NCBI RefSeq assembly: GCF_963921235.1
Contig: NC_086108.1
Coordinates: 53,074,001-53,138,000, forward strand
DNA length: 64,000 nt
From: Mobula hypostoma
Lineage: Eukaryota
Reading direction: 5' to 3'
Positions 49,001-61,303 of the stretch are shown in pieces. A program made the translations under genes and the position numbers. Each line of letters opens with the position of its first letter. Within the stretch, counting starts at the first letter, position 1. The notes under the pieces were generated by a model. The model was given only the letters and a program-made list of their open reading frames with translations, made no database searches and was not told where the DNA came from.

Positions 49001-51915
49001 ACTAATGATAGGAAAAGGGAGGAGGTCCTGAAGGGAGAATATAGGGAATTAGATAGAAAGCTGAAAAGCAGAACCTCCAGGGTAGTAATCTTTGGATTGC
49101 TGCCTGTGCCAGGCGCCAGTGAGGGTAAGAATAGGATGATTTGGCAGATGAATGCATAGTTGAAGAATGGGTGCAAGGGACAGAGTTTCAGACTTCTGGA
49201 TCATTGAGATCTCTTCCAGGAAAAAAGGGACAGCTTACACCTGAACCCAAGGGAAACCAATACCCTTGCAGATAGGTTTGCCAGAGAATTGGGGAGTGTT
49301 TAAACTAACTTGGCAGGTGGATGGGAACTGTGATAGAGCTGAGGTTGGTATACAAGTAGATGCAGTGTGTAGTGAGACTGTGAGAAAGGACAAGCAGATG
49401 ATAGGGCATACTTGCAGTCAGTGGGATGAGTTGCAGTTTAATGGGGGACAAAATCAAAAAGGGTGATGAAATCAGGTCTGAAACTGATACTTTTGAATGC
49501 ACAGAATAAGGTAGATGATCTTGTAGAGCAGTTAGAGGTTAGATGTTGTGGGCGTCTCTGAGTTGTGGCTGAAAGAAGTTTATAGTTGGGAGCTTAACAT
49601 CCAAGGATCCACATTGTATCGAAAGGATAGGCAGGTAAGTAAAGGGGGTTGGTGTGGCTCTGTTGGTAAAAAAATAAAATCAAATTCTTAGAAAGAGATG
49701 ACATAGGATCATAAGATGTAGAAATTTTGTGGGAAGAGTTAAGAGACTGCAAGAGTAAAATGTTCATGTTGGGAGTTATATACAGGCTTCGTAACAGTGG
49801 CTAGGACGTGTGCTGCTAATTACATCGGGAAATAGAAAACACATGTCAAAAGGGCAATGTTGCGATAATCATGGGGAATTTCAATATGCAGGTAGATTGG
49901 GAAAACCAGGTTGGCGCTGGATTCCAAGAGAGGGAATTTGTAGAATTCCTACGAGGTGTTTTTTAGAGCAGCTTGTGGTTGAACCCACTAGGGGAACATC
50001 AATTCTGGATTGGGTGTTGTGTAATGAAGCAGATTCAATTAGGGAGCTTAAGGTAAAGGAACCCTAAGGAGAGAGTGATCATAATATGATAGAATTCACC
50101 CTGTAGTCTAGGAAGGAGAAGCTAAAATCGTATACATCAGTATTACAGTGGAGTAAAGGGAATTAAAGAGACATTAAAGAGGAACTGGCCAAAGTTGATT
50201 AGAAGAGGTCATTAGCAGGGAAGATGGCAGAGCAGCAATGGCTGGTATTTCATGGAGAAATTCAGAAGGTGCAGGAAAAATGAAGAAAAATGCTAAAAGC
50301 AGGATGATACAACTGTGGTTGACAATGGAAGTCAAAGCCAACATAAAAGCAAAAGAGTGAGCATATAATAGACCAAAAATTAAAGGGGAGTTAGAGGATC
50401 AGGAAACTTTTAAAAGCTAACAGAAGGCAACTAAAAAAGCTATAAAGAGAGAAAAGATGAAATATGAAGGTAAGCTAGCCGATAATAATAGACGATACCA
50501 AACATTTTTTCAGATATATAAAGAGTGAAAGAGAGACAAGAGTGTATGTCAGAATGCTCTGAAAATGACACTGGAGAGATAGTAATCGGGGGGGCAAAGA
50601 AATGGGGGAACAACTGAATAAGTATTTTGTGTAAATCTTCCTTGTAGAAGACACTAGCAGAATGATGGAAGTTTGAGAGTATCAGGGTGCAGAACCGAGT
50701 GTCATTGCTTTTACTAAGGAGAAGGTGCTTGGGAAGGTGAAAAGTCTGAAGGTAGATAAGTCACCTGGACCAGATGGATTACAACCCAGGGTTCTGAAGG
50801 AGGTAGCTGAAGAAATTGTGGAGGCATTAATAATGATCTTTCAAGAATCACTAAGTTCTGGAATGGTTCCTGAGGGCTAGAAAATTGCAAATATCGCTCC
50901 ACTTTTTAAGAAGAGAAAGAGGCAGAAGAAAGAAAAGTACAGTCAGTTAGCCTGACTTCAGCGTTTGGAAAAATGCTGGAGTCCATTATTAAGGATGAGG
51001 TTTCGGAGTACTTGAAGCCACATGATAAAACAGGCCAAAGTCATCATAGTTTTCTAAAGGGGAAACCTTATCTGAAAAATCTGTTGGAATTCTTCGAGGA
51101 AATAAAAGGTGAGATGGAGAAAGGAGAGTTAGTGGGTGTTGTATCTGTAGAGTTTCATAAGGTCTTTGACAAGGTACAGCACGTGAGGCTGCTTAACAAG
51201 ATGTATGTATTACTGGAAAGGTACAAGCATGGGTAGAAGGTTTGTTGACTGGCAGGAGTGGGAATAAAGGGGGCCTTTCTGGTTGGCTGCCAATGACTAG
51301 TGGTGTGCTGTAGGGTTCGGTGTTGGGACTGCTTCTTTTCACATTATGTGTCAATGATTTGGATCAAGGAATTGGTGGTGTCATGGCAAACTTGGCCATG
51401 ATGCCACCAATAAGGATGAATTCCTTTAGCCAGAAGGTGGTGAAGCTGTGGAATCCATTTCCATACTCAACTATGCAGGCTAAGTCATAAGCCATACTTA
51501 AGGCGGAGATTGATAGGTTCTTGATTAATCAGGATGTCAAAGGTTATGGGAAAAGGCAGGAGAATGGGATTGAGAGGGATAATAAATCAGCCATGGAGCA
51601 GACTCGATGGGCTGAATAGCCTAATTCCACTCCAACGTTTTATGGCCTTATTCTCTTAAAAGATCTCATTAGATGGTCCCTCAGGAAAACCCTCTCTAAG
51701 TACTGCTGCTATTAGTATTCTCACTTATCAAAAAGGTACACTCTTTCCTGTTCCTCTGCCATCCCTAAATCATTTGTATCCCAGAACATTGAACTGCCAG
51801 TCCTACTATCTTCTCAATGATGTTTCTGGTATGGCAACAATATCCCAGTCCCTAAAGGCAATCCATACCCTTAGTTCATCTGCTTTACCAGTAAAGTTAC
51901 ATGCATTGAAATAGC
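46030..51915 (-). mobile_element. Decayed CR1 ORF2 (APE endonuclease and RT) split by the plus-strand CR1 at 48255-51650
   Basis: YFNACNFTGKADEL..WDIVAIPET at ~51820-51915; VGDFNF near 48085; KMDKSLGLDQVYP; VDRVVKE...CVQFWSP. Confidence 0.85.
48255..51650 (+). mobile_element. Near-full-length decayed CR1: ORF1 (Cys motif plus SGNH/GDSL esterase) and ORF2 with internal RT deletion
   Basis: ICTKCIELQLL; VCCLPGAR..VVHIGTND..SRVVIFGLLPVP; APE motifs EPTRG.SILDWVLCN and SDHN; KVDKSPGPDG; LLEFFEE; CR1 3' UTR. Confidence 0.92.
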
Positions 51916-52029
51916 TGCAATTGACAGCAGTATTCCTCTCTGCCCTTGTACTGTAAACATGGTCATCCTGTTTGCGTGACTAATACTCTGGTTTCTGCAC
52001 ATTTCCCTGTCTTCTTACTGACTTCACTT

Positions 52030-52490
52030 TCTCGATTTCTAGTTTCTTTGAGAAACTGCCAGGAGGTTGAGATGAATATGTGAGGAAAAATGCCCATGGC
52101 CACAGTCACAGTGAGTAGAATTGATGCTAATCAGTTTTCTAGCAGGAACAGACACTTGAATGGAGAGAATCAAACTTGAAAGATGTAAACTTGGGAGAAC
52201 ACAATATATTAAAGGAGCGGAGAGGAGAGAATTATGGAGAAGAATGATCATTTTCAGGGAAAAAGGGATTGAGTGTGGACTTTTTTGAGAGGAGAGATGT
52301 TTAATGGTACATTTTCAGAAGATGTGGAGAGTGATTATGCGATGACAGATCTGGAAACATGGTGAACAGTCAAATGGGAATGAGTTTAGGGAAGTGAAAG
52401 ATGAGTGTGATAGGCTGGATAATATTGAAGAGTGAGGCGAGACTGAAAAAATACAGGGAATCACAGTTAGGTCAGAGGATGCATGATGGA
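52030..52490 (-). mobile_element. Very old L2/CR1-group RT fragment
   Basis: Purine-rich plus strand whose complement weakly resembles the KK..LDP..ENYRPISL region. Confidence 0.35.
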
Positions 52491-53189
52491 TTGCTTGTAT
52501 TGGCAAGTGTAGCATGTTACTATTTAAATTGCGCACAATGCTTTCCTTATCCATCAATTACTAAATTGAAATTATTCATTAAATTAAATACATAAAATAA
52601 AATTCCAGTGCTTTGTTTATTTAACTTCCTCAGAAATAAGTGATGAGCTAGTTGACACAAATCAGAAGGGTGGGCAATGATACGATTACAACTCGAAACC
52701 CGAACAGAGACACATAATGCAAAAGGACAACTGTTAACTTGGCATAGTGTAGTTCAGTGGCCTCACAATCAAAGCACACTCCATCGGCTTGTCTTAAGCT
52801 TGAAACAAAACTTCTTTCACAAAATTGTTGGAGCCCATTAAATATTCCCTTGCTGCTTCTAAGTAATTAGATTTTAACAGGATTTGCAACAGATCAGAAC
52901 AATCTCTGTGGGGGCAAGTGTGAGGCTCTCCCTTTGGCTTTATCAGCAAAGCAGCATTTAAAAAGGTTCCAAACCAGAAGTTAATAGAACCATTACAGAG
53001 TTCCCTCAAATAATTACATTAATGCATAACCCCTAAACAATTCTGGATAGATCAAAATAGAGCAGCTAAAGAAGAGCAAAATTAGAAAATGACACATCAA
53101 CTGAAGTATTTCCTTCCTCTAGTTTTCTTTTTAACTTTATACAGGCAATTTCAATTCCATGGGCCAATCTTTAGTATCGTTATCCATTA

Positions 53190-53585
53190 TTTAGAGTCAT
53201 AGAGTTGTATTGCACAAAAATACATCATGTTGACCTTCTTGCCATCTACAGTAATCCATTTGCCCATGTTAGTCCCTATCCTTCTATACTGTGTCTGTCT
53301 AAATACTTCTTTAAAATAGTGATTGCATCTGATTCCATCACCTCCCCTGACAGCATGTTCCTGATATTAACCACTTCCTGCTTAAAATAATTTCCCCTTC
53401 AAATCCCCTTTTAAACTACCTCCTCTCAGGTTAAACCTATATTGCATTGTTGTTGGTATGCCTACCATGGGTGAAAGACTATCTACTCCTCTTATAACTT
53501 TATATATCTCAGTCAGGTCCAGGAAAACCAATTCCAGCATATTTAATCACTTCCCATAAGTCTGTCAATCCAGGCAAAATCACTT
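53190..53585 (-). mobile_element. CR1 3' fragment, old
   Basis: AGAGTCATAGAG tail, CATTTGCCCATGTTAGTCCCTATCC UTR motif. Confidence 0.7.
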
Positions 53586-54624
53586 CAAGCGCTTCACATG
53601 GACTCTGGGATCTATGGTAGGTTCTGAATGAGGAATGTTTCAATTAAATGGATTGAATCCTCTGTGGATGGGATGCATCTTCTGTGAAGCGCCCCATCCA
53701 CAGAAGATGCACTATTTCATTATGACTTCATAAATGATAAAAGTTCTCAAAAACATGCCAAGTGCAACTGTCTGGGACACATAGCAATCATAGTTTTGGC
53801 ACACAGGAAAATATTTTGTACAGTTTCTAAAAAGTACAAGCTATTGTATGATGTGAAGCAAATCATGAGAGTGCTTTATGAGATATGGATGTCAGGTTGT
53901 TTATGTTGACTGAGTGAAACGGATCAAAAATCTGGACTAGTTTCTTTCTTTCTGGTGCACATGATCTCAGAAGAGTGGACCAAGTAAGCTCTACGTGTAG
54001 GAAAAAAAAACTGCAGAAAACTCACTCATTTCTCTTGTTTGTTTTATTTCCACATGTTGAAGGTAAGAAAAATGCTGCAGAGGGGGGAAGAGAAGGGGGA
54101 ACCATTTGCAGAATATTCCATACTTATCAATATTACCAGCGATTGATTGATTTATTGTGTAATCCGCACTGTAAAGTGTATTTACCAACTCAGATAGGTT
54201 AACTTTTTCCAGTTTAAGTGACAAATCCTGATGACATTATTATTAGTCATGACTTAGAAAGGTTACTATGCCTAATAGTGCAAAGGGTCAAAATTAACAT
54301 ACAGAAATGATGTTGCATCTTCCTTGGGTTAATCACTATATAACCACTAGTGTTAATTCAATATCCCTCCAATTCTTAGCTCATTCTAGTCGTTATCCTC
54401 AATATGATCCTCTTCAACATCTTTTAGATTAAACATAACAAGAAGGACCTTAATATTTAATTACAATGGTTTAATTTTTATTTTAATTTCTTAATGATGA
54501 CTCTGTCATGAAAGAGGATGGGGAGCAGTACTCATGGTGAGCAAGGTGATGGTTTTTAATAGGGAAGCCGAAGATACAAAGCTCTTTTAAAATTAATTTA
54601 GCTGATGGTACCTTCATATTGGAA

Positions 54625-55320
54625 GATAGAACATAGAGCAGTACAGCACAGGAGCAGGCCTTCCAGCCCACATTGTTGTGCAAAACCAAATAAATAAGTA
54701 ATAATACGGCAAATTAAGTTAATCCCTTTTGCCTATACAATGTCTATAACCTTCCATTTTCCTCACATTCATGTGCCTACTTAAAGATCTCTTAGAAGTC
54801 CCTAATGTACCTGCCTCTACCACCACTCCAGGCAGCAACTTCCAGGCACCCTCCTCTCTCTGTGTAACAGATTTGCCTCTAACATCACCTTTAACACTAC
54901 TCTCTTTCACCTTAAATCCATGCCCTCTGGTATTAGACATTTCAAACCTGAGAAAAAGAGACTGTCTGTCTACTCTATACCTCTTATGATCTCCACTCCC
55001 TCCGACGGTCCAGATAAAAACAGCTTAGGTTTGTCCAAGCTCTCGTACAGCTCATACCCTCTGATCCCGGCAGCATCCTGGAAAACCTCTTCGGCACCCT
55101 CTCCAAAGCCTCAACGTCCTTCCTATAATGGGGTGACCAGAACTGTGTGCGATACTCCAGATGTGGCCTAATTAGAGTTTTATAAAGCTGCAACTTTACT
55201 TCCTAACTTTTAAAATGTATGCTTATAAAAGCAAGTGTGTATCAGACTGTGTGGCCATTTTCAGGGTGCTATGAACTTGGATCCCAAGATCCCTCTTCTC
55301 ATCAGCACTGTTATTCCTGC
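54625..55320 (-). mobile_element. CR1 3' fragment
   Basis: QLYKTLIRPHLEYRTQFWSPHYRKDVEALERV; TRGHGFKV; ATAGAACATAGA tail. Confidence 0.9.
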
Positions 55321-57231
55321 ACAATATGCTTTAATATTCCTTGTAACTCCACTCGAATCACAGCCACTAATCACATACTCTATGATAACTGGTTGTCTTC
55401 CTTTACTTGAATTTTAAACAGGAGGCATTAGGTTATCCTCATTTAATGTCCACACGCATTTAAGCACGCAAAATAACAGACGTACAGAATCAGGTTTACA
55501 TATGTACAACACAGGGAATTTAAAATCAATGTATGTGTGAGCATACACATATGCAAAAAGTACATATTCACTTGGTGCACATGTATATCTGAGCATAAAT
55601 ATGAACAGGCTTATGTAAGTACATTGCACTCAATATCTTTGGGGATAGAATAACTAATGGATGTTTACTGTCTACACTCATAATGATAGAAGAAAAATAA
55701 ACTTGAATATATCAGAGACAATAAGTACACCACTGAAGGAAGCGCAGCAATCAATTCAGCACAAATAACAAAGAGATAAATGGCCTGTTAATCTGTTTAT
55801 TTCAATGTTGTCGTTGATGGATGAAAGAAGTATTGTCCTCTAGGTAATGTACCAGAGGGAAGTGAGTTTAAATATGTCCAATCATTTCAAATACCTCTAG
55901 TAATCCAAGGGCTATAGATAACTGAAACAACCTGGATACTTATGAACCAGCATTACTTATCAAACACTACTTTTTTTAACAGAAAGCTGACACATGAGCC
56001 ATTAAATATGCAAACATTTTGCAGTAAGTCAAAAAATGAATTAGCTGATCTCAATAATGTTAGCATTCTTTAAATCATCTGACTGGGTCCAAATGCTTTC
56101 TAATTGCTAAACAGGCTGTTTTCTGTACGTTTTCTTGATTTCTTTTCAAGTCATTATTGAATTAAATGTTTTCCTGTCATTTTGCAAAGGCAGTCTATTT
56201 TTATAAAGAAAATATCAAAACAGAAGTTAGAATATTCTAACTAAAGTACCCCTTGTTCCATTGGTGATTGAGAAAAGATTGAGTCTTGTCTCATTACCTC
56301 CATAATCTCTCAATTCCTTGTTTTTGAGCTGTAAAATGTTGATGTATAAATAACTCTCAGCTGGATTCTCTGACCACAGACTGGAACGTATTTGCATCTT
56401 ATCCATTTTCTTAGGTGAACAAGATACCTTAATAATGAATTGTAAAAACTCCTACAGGTCTTATGGAAACCTATTCATCACATGAAATTTAGGAGCAGAA
56501 AATTACTGCACTGGGTGTTGCTCTTCTTGCCATTTTACTAAAAACCTTACAGAGGACTATAGTTTGTCACTGTTGTGGTTAGAATGAATGGCTTTCTTTG
56601 TTATTTTTCATATATACGTTTATTTCTTCCGGTTTGAATTTTCCTTCAAGTTTAATCTTCAGATCAAATTTCCATCCCATTCGCTCCTTCAACCACCCCT
56701 TGATGAAGGCCTTTGCCTGAATGGAGCTTCAAGGTTGTTCACAGTCTCAGTATCGACATAATGTGAATGTGCTGGATGACTGCAGGAGCACCATGGCTTA
56801 ACATAATTGTCTCTTCGCCCAACGTCCCGAAACATTTTAGAGGATACAAACAGAAAATATGGCAATATTCAGCAGCTCAGGCCACATCTGTGGAAGAGAA
56901 ACAGAATTAATACTTCAGGTCAAAGACCATGGTCAGAACCAGGAAGAGACAAAAAGTTCATTAACCTGCAGGGTAGGTGGGGAAGTGGAGTGGAGAGCAG
57001 ATGTCTCTGATAGGGCCTCTAACAATTCTTACAAATGGTCTGCAATATTAAATGTTTTTTTTCCCACAGACATCTGACCTAATGAATACTTACAGCATTT
57101 TCTGTTTTTATTTTAGATTTTTAAACATCCGTAGTTTTTATATAGGCATTCTTCGAGGGATCATTGCATAATAATAAATTGAGGGAACGCTAATTAATGT
57201 TTTCTTTGACAGCTCAGCAATGTTTAAGCTT

Positions 57232-57421
57232 CACACACAAAGTGCTGGAGGAACTCAGCAGGCCAGGCAGCACCTTTGGAAAAGGTCCTGATGAAGGGTC
57301 TCAGGCCAAAACGTCAACTGTTTACTCTTCTCCATAGATGCTGCCTGGCCTGCTGAATTCCTCCAGCATTTTATGTGTGTTACTTTGGATTTCCAGCATC
57401 TGCAGATCTTCTCATGTTTGG
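57232..57421 (+). mobile_element. 190-bp Penelope-derived fold-back element with 13-bp TSD
   Basis: Inverted arms 57233-57272/57339-57380; AATGTTTAAGCTT (57219-57231) / AATGTTCAAGCTT (57422-57434). Confidence 0.88.
57285..57320 (+). ncRNA. Degenerate minimal type I hammerhead ribozyme motif
   Basis: GTC-CTGATGA-AGGGTCTCAGGCC-AAAA-CGTC-AACTG; CUGAUGA box intact, GAAA box mutated, so probably inactive. Confidence 0.6.
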
Positions 57422-58779
57422 AATGTTCAAGCTTGTTGTTGTGCCACTGGAGTCTGACCTGGTTAAGAATTTACCACAGGTAAGAATTGTATCTCATGCT
57501 TGCTTGAGTACTGTGGTTCAATGTAACTCCTGATATTTGCTTAAATATAGATTAATGTTGTTTGTTTCATTTTGGAATTGAAAGATCTGAAATCCATTAC
57601 TCTATAAACCAAACCTGATGAGAGAGAAATCATTACAATTGTTTTTATCCAGGAAATGTAAATTGGCAGTCTATTCCAGAGACACATGGTGGGAAAGCTA
57701 CTATAGAACTGTGCCTGAAATGAGTAATAATCTAGTTGGTGATGTGGCAAAAGGGCAGAAGTGTGCTAGAGGTTTGTATGGGGAGAGTCAGCAGGATTGG
57801 GAAGGACTCAAAAATGCTTTTTTTTGGTCCTGAGGTAATGCATAGCATAACAATCCATGTTATTGACTTCTTTGCTGAGACAATATTTGTCAGAGGTTCA
57901 AAAAGTCATTGCTCAACCAGGTCTGAACTTAGATAAAACCACTGACATAATGAAAGATGGAACTGAACTGAGAGTATGTGAATAAGCAAAAAGAACTTAT
58001 TTATTGAACAAAACATATTACATAGAAGTACAGAAGTACAATATTTTTACAAAAGGACAGGTATTATTATACATTAATACATCAGAGAATTACTTACGTT
58101 TAACAATATTTGAATGACTTGTTTTCATATTAATTTGCAACTAAACTTTCCATTTTCACTATTATTTCTGGATTGTCAACAGTGCTTCAATAATTTCTTC
58201 TTTGATTTTCCTCCCCTTCCCAAACCCAAAGATTTATATTCCATTCAAAATATATTATTGAAAGTAAGACCTTCATGCCATCTATAATCTCTGTCTTTAG
58301 ATAACTTGATTTAATGGCACTCAACATCTTCCTGCTCATTTCAATTTCTATTAAAGATCAAATATTTATTTGTTTGTGAAAGGGCATACCCTTAGCTCTT
58401 TCCCTGGGTTGACCACACAAATTGATTTACATATGGGACAGTGTGAAAGTAATCTGGCAATGGTAGATTCTATAGTGACCATGGCCACTCATTGCAGAGC
58501 TCCAGTTAGTGAAGTGAGCCAAATGCTCAGATTGTGGCTGAATCAGTAAGAATCTGATGAGGTAATGGAGAACTATAGAGTTCTCCAGTTAGTCTGAGGA
58601 CCCCATACACTTCTGGTCACTGAAGCAGAAGGAGAGCATCAAGGCCCAGAAAGGATGTAGGGAAGAATCGCAAGTTTGAAGCTCAGTACGATATGGAATG
58701 TTTTAGAGCTACCTGTGATAGTAAGAAGCTTAGAAAAGTTAAACCTCGTCAGTGCTGCATGAAAAATAAACAAGAAGGA

Positions 58780-59092
58780 GAACTTGCAGTGATATAGTGT
58801 TTTTCATTTCCCTTTCAGTACTCTTTGGCCGGAGAAGTACATTGAATATATATTCCCCGTTGTAGTCCAGAAAATGTGTCGGTTAATTTATGTATTCCAA
58901 GCTCCCCTAAATAGCTATGTAACATCAGTCAGATATTAATGTTTGGTACTATTAAGTGAGGGGTAAATATGGGCCAGGACACCAGGGAAATGTACCTTGT
59001 TCGGTTTTTTAACAGAGTACCAAAGACTTTTTTTATATTCATCTGAGAAAGCAAATGGAACATCGTTTTGACATACCATCTGAATACTGCAA
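58780..59092 (-). mobile_element. Ancient Deu-domain SINE (SacSINE1/AmnSINE1-like)
   Basis: GAGGGGTAAATATGGGCCAGGACACCAGGGAA...CATCTGAGAAAGCAAATGG..CGTTTTGACATACCATCTGAA resembles the Deu domain as I recall it; tail AACTTGCAGTGATATAG. Confidence 0.7.
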
Positions 59093-60729
59093 AATAGTAA
59101 AAGTTCAAGACTGATGACAGGAAGCACTGTTTCATACAAAGGATGATCAGTATTTGGAATGTAGATAGAGCAGTGGTAATAAAAACTCCAGACAGATAAA
59201 TTGGAGATTAATACATGGGAAACTGTAAGGACATGAAGATGTGAAGAAAGGTGTCATTTCTGCATAACTTGTGATTTATGGTATTTATTTTAAGTATAAA
59301 CTTCTTGAATTCCTTGATTAGATTTAATATTCAATTTCAATCCTGAGGATCAATTATTCTATGTGCATTCCACCACCATTCACAACCTTCAGTTAGATAC
59401 AAATTTTTAATTCACTGCTGGGTTTCATTGAAGCCAATATAAATCATAAGAACACAGTGATTTCCAATATCTGCCCTCTATTGTATCAAAGCAACCATCA
59501 ACTTTGGTGAACATAACACAGTATAGGTCAAGGCAGATTTTCTTGTTCTTGCTTTTAGACGTAAAGGATCACCTTGTATGGCATATGAAGAAAAATCAGG
59601 CAAATTCATTTATCAGATCTCCTTTTCTACTAAATGATTTTCATACAAGGCTTAAGTAATATGTAATCTCCAGGCACAAGAACAAGTGTGTACCTGAAAA
59701 TGCTCAAACTACTCAACTAATCAACTAGCATGTGTGAGGGGAGAAAAAGGAAAACCATGTGCTCCATGTAACCATTAACAAGTAACTCTGGGTTGCTGGT
59801 AATACAAAAATTATTGAAGTTTTAAAGCTGAAGTAATTTAGATTTTCAGCTTGTGGAAGCTAGGAGTTGGCAGGATAGAGGGAGGGAGTGGGTGTTGGAC
59901 ATGACCAACCTCCTCTCAGGAGACAATTTTTAAAAATTTAAATGTTTATTGCACTCCACATCTCATGTTTCATCCCCCCACCCCCCCCGCCCCCAATCAA
60001 GTTTCCTGAGCTGGCTATGATTCCCAGCGTTTAACTACATAGAGGAAGTAAGTGCCTGTTCGAACAAGACATTATTACAAGTGGACAAAGAGAATCAAGG
60101 CATTATTCCATGATTACCCAGTGTAAGTATTTTCAGTGAACATCCTTAACAGTGGACACATCCCCCCCGATTAGACTACAGTAATTCCATTGAGCTCTCC
60201 AGTGACTCAACAGACCCTTTCCACCCCATGATATCACTGTCTGCTTTCCCCCATCTTCTAATGATCAGCAGTGCCTATCTCTTACCGCATTTGCACAGAC
60301 TCCTGCTGCACATCCTGCTTAATAGGAGACAGCGTTTGTGACTCAAGGTGGCTTCTAGGTGGAGATTATGTTCAGAAGTAAATACCATGAAGTGAAATCT
60401 CTGAATATCTGGAGTAACTTCTTTCTGGACTCCTTCTCTTGCACCTCACAGGCCCTTCTTAACCTCTTCTGGAAATCCTGGCCTAATATTGGACCCAGTA
60501 CTTCAAGTTGAAGCGCAGTTCCCATGGAAGGCTGTTGACCTGAAACATTGGTCCTGTTTTCTCTCCCCTATTGCTGCCTGAAAAATGATAAAACACTGGT
60601 GATAACGACCCCCAAATTACTGTCCTTGGTGGGTGGGGAGAAAAAAGGTCTCAAGTCACCAGAGTCCTGGAAATCCTCCAAGTACATGGTGAAATGGCAG
60701 TGGGAGGAGGCAGCAAGTGAGATAAATGC

Positions 60730-60905
60730 TAGATGCTAAACACCCATAAATATAGATGCAATGTTCACTTATAGACAGGAGGGATTTAGAAGGATATGGA
60801 CCAAGTGCAGACAAACGGATCCAGCTTGGTGGGCACTGTGGTCGGCATGGATCAATTGGGCAGAATGGCCTGTTTCCTTGCTGCATTTTTCTACGGCTCT
60901 ATGAT
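60730..60905 (+). mobile_element. CR1 3' end
   Basis: GGATATGGACCAAGTGCAG...GGGCAGAATGGCCTGTTTCC..GCTCTATGA. Confidence 0.75.
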
Positions 60906-61303
60906 TGCTGAGTAATTCTAGCACTTACTTGTTATATTTCAGAATTCCAACACCTACAAGATTTTGGCCTGTAAAAGTCCAGGACACACTGGCCCTGTGA
61001 ATTTTCAGTCTAACTTTTACATATTTGTCTTTCTTTAAATACAGGGATATTATTGAATTATAAATTGAATGCAACAGAAGACATCCAGAGTATACATGTC
61101 AGCAAGTACGTGATTAAACAATTAATGCTTTTAGTGAAATGATACTAATAAAATGATTCTCCCTGAAAAATAAAGGTTACATTTTCCTCTTAGATCTTGA
61201 TGGAGCGCTGTTGCCCAATTTTGAGTTAAATTTCCAGCTGTTAATATTTTTCCATTATTTTTAATCAAACAATTTGTGGTAGTTCTGACAGGTTTCTAGT
61301 AGA

